Source of the DNA: Myxococcota bacterium
GTDB lineage: Bacteria; Myxococcota_A; UBA796; UBA2385
DNA: 64,000 nt
Direction: 5' to 3'
Assembly (NCBI GenBank): GCA_044344255.1
Contig: JBIJDH010000015.1
Coordinates: 130,880 to 194,879 of the forward strand
Made by a program: the position numbers and the translations under genes. Positions 60,007 through 64,000 of the stretch are shown here, piece after piece; position 1 is the first letter of the stretch; every line of letters begins with the position of its first letter. Below the pieces are notes generated by a model. It was not told the origin of the DNA, did no database searches, and worked only from the letters and a program-made list of their open reading frames with translations.

Positions 60007-60050
60007 CGCAGCGCGGCCGGGCGTGACGACACCCTTTGGGCCGCGCTGCG
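60007..60050. terminator. Stem-loop (perfect 12-bp stem), possible terminator or REP-like element
   Basis: CGCAGCGCGGCC (60007-18) pairs with GGCCGCGCTGCG (60039-50) just downstream of the 59972 stop. There is no clear U-tract. Confidence 0.35.
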
Positions 60051-60138
60051 GGCGAACCTCGAGTGGAGCGATCCCGCCTTTCAGCGCAGGGCGACCACAT
60101 CTTAACTCCGCATACGAGCTGCTGATGTAGTCGCGCCG

Positions 60139-60498
60139 GTGGACCGACTCCAGCTAGCCGAGCACCTGGCGACGGGCCTCGACACAGATGAGGATCTTCA
60201 TCCCGACCCACTCCTCGGACTTGGGCAGCCACTCTCAGGCGGCTGCAAGCGGCCCGGCGCCGAGAGCGCCTATCTGGAGGCCGGCCCCGCCGACGAGGAT
60301 TGGACCGGTTTCCCCGCCTCGGTCGACGGCCAGGAGCTGGTCCTCGTCTGGACGAGCCCGCCCCCCGACCCCGACTTGGGCTACCGCTTCCTCGTGCGCC
60401 TCGGGGTGACCCAGTTCGGCTGGATGAGCGCCTGGGTGGGCGAGGGCGGCTTCACCGAGCTGGATCCCACCGAGGTCTTCACCTGGGCGTCCCTGTAG
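60139..60498 (+). CDS. Hypothetical protein (possibly a fragment)
   Basis: The 3' half has coding-like GC3 bias. The start is uncertain and no motif is recognised. Confidence 0.35.
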   Translation: MDRLQLAEHLATGLDTDEDLHPDPLLGLGQPLSGGCKRPGAESAYLEAGPADEDWTGFPASVDGQELVLVWTSPPPDPDLGYRFLVRLGVTQFGWMSAWVGEGGFTELDPTEVFTWASL

Positions 60499-60618
60499 GA
60501 CAGACCCTGGGGGCCGGGGTCGGTCAGCTTTCGGGCCTCCTCGCGAGGTCTGCCCTATGTTCGTAAGCTCGACCACCCGCCATCGGTGTGTAGGATCGGT
60601 GAGCACCCCGGAGCCCTC

Positions 60619-61170
60619 ATGCGCGCTGGCCTCCTCCTCCCTCTCCTCGCCCCCCTCTTCTTGAGCGCGCTCTCGATCCAGGCCGGCTGCAGCGGCAAAG
60701 CAGAGACCGGGGGCGCGGAGGGAGACGCTGACGCCGACTCCGACTCGGATACCGATACGGACGCTGACGCTGACGCTGACAGCGACGCCGACGCTGACAG
60801 CGACGCCGACAGCGACGCCGACAGTGACGCCGACGCCGACGCTGACTGTGTACCGGAGGGCCTCTACGGCGACCCGAGCTGGAGCCTCTCGGTGTTGGCC
60901 GACTGCTCAGCCGAGCTGCTTGGCTTCTGCGGCGAGGGGAGCTTCGAGTCCCTGAATCTGGGCGGTGTCAGCCTCGACGAGTCGCTCACCTGGACCTGGC
61001 AGGGCGCCGGCCCAAGCGGAGGCGTCGATCCCGCCACCTTCACGGGGACGCTCAAGGGTGGGGTCGTGACCGGCACCCTGTCCTGGGCGTCGTACTCCCA
61101 GGAGGTCCGTGCGGAGCTTGGCGTGACGCCGGGAAGCGGGCTCGGCGTCGGGAGCTGCCCCCTCGACTGA
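60619..61170 (+). CDS. Putative lipoprotein with an Asp-Ala/Ser/Thr dipeptide-repeat linker
   Basis: Hydrophobic N-terminus ending QAGC, a (DA/DS/DT)n tract at about 60724-60846, and a small Cys-containing C-terminal domain. Confidence 0.75.
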   Translation: MRAGLLLPLLAPLFLSALSIQAGCSGKAETGGAEGDADADSDSDTDTDADADADSDADADSDADSDADSDADADADCVPEGLYGDPSWSLSVLADCSAELLGFCGEGSFESLNLGGVSLDESLTWTWQGAGPSGGVDPATFTGTLKGGVVTGTLSWASYSQEVRAELGVTPGSGLGVGSCPLD

Positions 61171-61498
61171 CAGGAAGTCCCGCTGGCTCGATGCGACTGA
61201 TCCTACGTGTTGGGGCCTCTGGGCCCCGTCGTTCTCCGCGGGGCCGGGCGCCCCTTGTAGGCGTCGGGACGGTCGGCGAGCTCGAAGCGCAGGAGGCGCT
61301 CTCCGCGCCGGAGGCGCCAGCCGTTGACAACCTCGATGGAGGTGACGTCACCGCCTATCCTCTTGCCCCGTCAAAATACGACCTCCCTGGCGGTGTTGTA
61401 TCCACCGAAATGATGCGAATTCTCCATCATCCTGGTTGAAACTGGAGGCCGAATTCTGTGGCCCGGCGCAAGTAGCTGAAATGACGCCGCTTGTGATG

Positions 61499-61514
61499 TG
61501 GCACGAGGCTTGCA
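61499..61514 (+). promoter_or_regulatory. sigma54 (-24/-12) promoter upstream of csbD
   Basis: TGGCACG-AGGC-TTGCA is an exact match to TGGCACG-N4-TTGCW, about 80 nt before the csbD start. Confidence 0.75.
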
Positions 61515-61596
61515 TGTCGTTCGGGGTGTTGCGGAGCGACCCGGATCCCCTGGGTGTTCGAACCGCTCCGAACCGTCAAACCAAGGACAAGTCACC

Positions 61597-61902
61597 ATGA
61601 GCCCCTCCAACGAGTCAGCGCGCGTCGAAGGCAAGGTCGAAGAGATCGGTGGTATCCTCAAGAAGAGCGTGGGCCAGGTCATCGGCAATGAGCAGATGGA
61701 GCTGGAAGGGAAGCTTCACGAAGTAAGGGGGCAGGCGCATCAGGAGTCCGCCAAGGCGGGGGAGCGGGTGAAGGGTCGTGTCGAGGTCGTGGCCGGGACC
61801 GTGAAGAATCAGATTGGCAAGGTGATTGACAACGAGCAGATGCAGGCGGAAGGGAAGCTCAAGGTACTGACAGGCAAGGCACGCAAGGCCGCGAACAAGT
61901 AG
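61597..61902 (+). CDS. csbD: CsbD-family stress protein with two tandem CsbD units
   Basis: The unit RVEGKVEEIGGILKKSVGQVIGNEQMELEGK recurs as RVKGRVEVVAGTVKNQIGKVIDNEQMQAEGK. An AAGGA RBS precedes ATG 61597. Confidence 0.85.
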   Translation: MSPSNESARVEGKVEEIGGILKKSVGQVIGNEQMELEGKLHEVRGQAHQESAKAGERVKGRVEVVAGTVKNQIGKVIDNEQMQAEGKLKVLTGKARKAANK

Positions 61903-62024
61903 AGACCCCTCTTCTGGACCCTCGTGTTCGCCGGGTTCATCCTTTGGGATCTCGGCGGAGTCACATTCTGCACCATTAACCTCTTGTCCACGACCAAGGG
62001 ACCTTACCCGCGGAATGATGACTC

Positions 62025-63896
62025 ATGAAAGCCACGCATAAGGCACAGAAGCAGGCCTCACAATACGCCCGCTCGCTGCTTGAGGCCTCGCTCGACCCGC
62101 TGGTCACGATCAGTCCGGAGGGCAAGATCACCGACGTGAACAAGGCCTCGGTGGAGGCCACCGGCGTGCCGCGCGAACGGCTCGTCGGCACGGACTTCTC
62201 GGACTATTTCACCGACCCGGATGCGGCGCGCGCCGGCTATCGAAAGGTCTTCTCGGAGGGCTTGGTGCGCGATTACCCGCTCGCCATCCGACATACCACC
62301 GGGCGCGTCATGGATGTGCTCTACAATGCCAGCGTCTACAAGGACGACAAGGGCAAGGTGCTCGGCATCTTCGCGGCTGCGCGCGATGTAACGCTGCAGA
62401 AGCAGGCCTCGCAGCACGCCCGCTCGCTGATCGAAGCCTCGCTCGATCCGCTGGTGACCATCAGCCCGGAGGGCAAGATCACCGGCGTGAACCAGGCCTC
62501 GGTGGAGGCCACTGGCGTGCCGCGCGAACAGCTCGTCGGCACGGACTTCTCGGACTATTTCACTGACCCGGACGCGGCGCGCGCCGGCTACCGGAAGGTC
62601 TTCTCCGAGGGGCTGGTGCGCGATTACCCGCTCGCCATCCGCCATACCACCGGGCGTGTCATGGATGTGCTCTACAACGCCAGCGTCTACAAGGACGACA
62701 AGGGCAAGGTGCTCGGCATCTTCGCGGCTGCGCGCGACGACACCGAGCGTAAGCGGCTGGATCAGGTGCTGCAGGAGAGGAGCGTCGAGCTCGAGAACGC
62801 AAAGTCGGTAGCAGACAAGGCCAATCTCGCAAAATCGGACTTTCTCTCAAACATGAGTCATGAAATCCGCACACCGATGAACGCCATCATCGGCATGTCC
62901 CACTTGGCGTTGAAGACAGTGCTGACGCCGCAGCAGCGCAACCACATCACGAAGATACAGGCCTCCGGGCGGCACCTGCTGGGAATCATCAACGACATAC
63001 TTGACTTTTCAAAGATCGAGGCGGGTAAGTTGGTGGTCGAGCGTATCGAGTTCGAGCTGGAGAAGGTGCTCGAAAATGTGGCGAATCTGGTCGCCGAGAA
63101 GACCGCGGCCAAGGGGCTCGAGTTGATCTTCGACGTGGACAAGAACGTGCCGCACAACCTCATCGGCGACCCCATGCGGCTGGGACAGATTCTTATCAAC
63201 TACAGCAATAACGCCGTCAAGTTCACCGAGCATGGGGAGATCGACATCGTCATCCGCCTCGAGGAGGAGACTGACAAGGACGTGCTGATTCATTGCGCCG
63301 TTCGCGATACCGGCATCGGCCTGAGCGATGAGCAGATCTCACGCTTGTTTCAGAGCTTCTCACAGGCCGACACCTCGACCACCCGCAGGTTCGGTGGCAC
63401 CGGCCTGGGGCTGGTCATCTCCAGGGAGCTGGCCGAATTGATGGGCGGAGAGGTGGGCGTAGAGAGCAGGCCCGGTAAGGGCAGCACCTTCTGGTTCACG
63501 GCGCGCTTCGGCAGGGGCGCCGCACCACCGCGAAAATTGGTTCTGTCGCCCGACCTTCATGGAAAGCGGGTCTTGGTTGTCGATGACAACGAGAACGCTC
63601 GTCTGGTGCTGAGTGAGCTACTCAGCAACATGAAGTTCAAGGTCGACCAGGCGGAGTCGGGCAGGGCCGCCATCCGTACGGTGGCAGCCGCCGCGTCGGA
63701 GGGCATGCCCTACGAGATCGTCTTCCTCGACTGGGAGATGCCGGATATGGACGGCGTCGAGACGGCCAGGCGGCTGCGGGAGCTCCCGCTCGGCCGTCTG
63801 CCACACATGATGATGGTGACCGCTTACGGACGCGAGGAGGTCATCGAGGGCGCGGAAGCAACGGGCATCGAGAGCTGCAGCGCTCATTGGAAGTAG
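62025..63896 (+). pseudogene. PAS-PAS hybrid sensor histidine kinase (HisKA-HATPase-REC), C-terminally truncated
   Basis: Motifs FLSNMSHEIRTPMN, NAVKFT, DTGIG and GGTGLGL. The receiver domain (VLVVDD...LDWEMP) stops at GIE|SCSAHWK*, before the conserved KP motif. Confidence 0.75.
62046..62737 (+). repeat. Near-identical 351-nt-period direct repeat encoding two PAS domains
   Basis: 62046-62386 and 62397-62737 match at the nucleotide level with scattered, mostly synonymous changes. Confidence 0.9.
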
Positions 63897-64000
63897 ACCG
63901 GGGTGTGCTCACCAGGGGTAGTCCACCTGCGTGCTGGTCCTTGCAAGGGCTCGGTGGTTCAGTTATCTCTTTGGTCGGTCGACACCTCGGTGGTTCATGA
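63876..64000. mobile_element. Possible IS (IS3-family-like) terminus interrupting the kinase
   Basis: Kinase homology is lost where TGCAGCGCTCATTGGAAGTAGACC begins. The 5'-TG and the AAGTAGACC core are reminiscent of IS3-type inverted repeats. No transposase is visible in the window. Confidence 0.4.

Noticed and set aside
59980..60060. Possible integron attC site
   Set aside because: The hairpin lacks RYYYAAC...GTTRRRY boxes in the correct order, and there is no integrase.
61191..61439. Short ORF upstream of csbD
   Set aside because: It has no motif or clear RBS and spans the compositional junction and the putative regulatory palindrome.

Overview
About 47 kb of this very GC-rich window (2457-49876, minus strand) is one co-transcribed trans-AT PKS/NRPS operon. 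PKS1 reads KS-DH-KR-ACP | KS-B(DH-like, no catalytic His)-ACP | KS-KR-ACP | KS-cMT-ACP | KS-ECH*-ECH-ACP-ACP | KS-DH*. It is followed by a flavin monooxygenase. PKS2/NRPS reads ACP | KS-DH-KR-ACP | KS-DH-ACP | KS-DH-ACP | KS-KR-ACP | KS0-ACP | C-A-T-TE, with an Arg-type A-domain code. A P450 and a beta-branching cassette (HMGS, ACP, KS0, ECH) close the operon, and a PPTase is transcribed divergently. The module order predicts a glutarimide with an alpha-methyl, an exomethylene, a Baeyer-Villiger ester and an Arg-capped unsaturated tail. This is the logic of sesbanimide/sesbanimide R, which I know only from Alphaproteobacteria, yet the flanking genes look Myxococcota-like. Both cluster borders appear to be in the window, but it contains no trans-acyltransferase, amidotransferase/starter ACP, O-methyltransferase or exporter. 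The left flank has an AlbA/RecG-C-type regulator, a long imperfect hairpin and a frameshifted membrane-protein gene. The right flank has a lipoprotein carboxylesterase, HD-GYP-like and helical-repeat proteins, a CotH fusion protein and small secreted proteins. A lower-GC right end carries a sigma54-driven csbD and a PAS-PAS hybrid kinase that is truncated, probably by an IS end. All domain coordinates were read by eye and are approximate.
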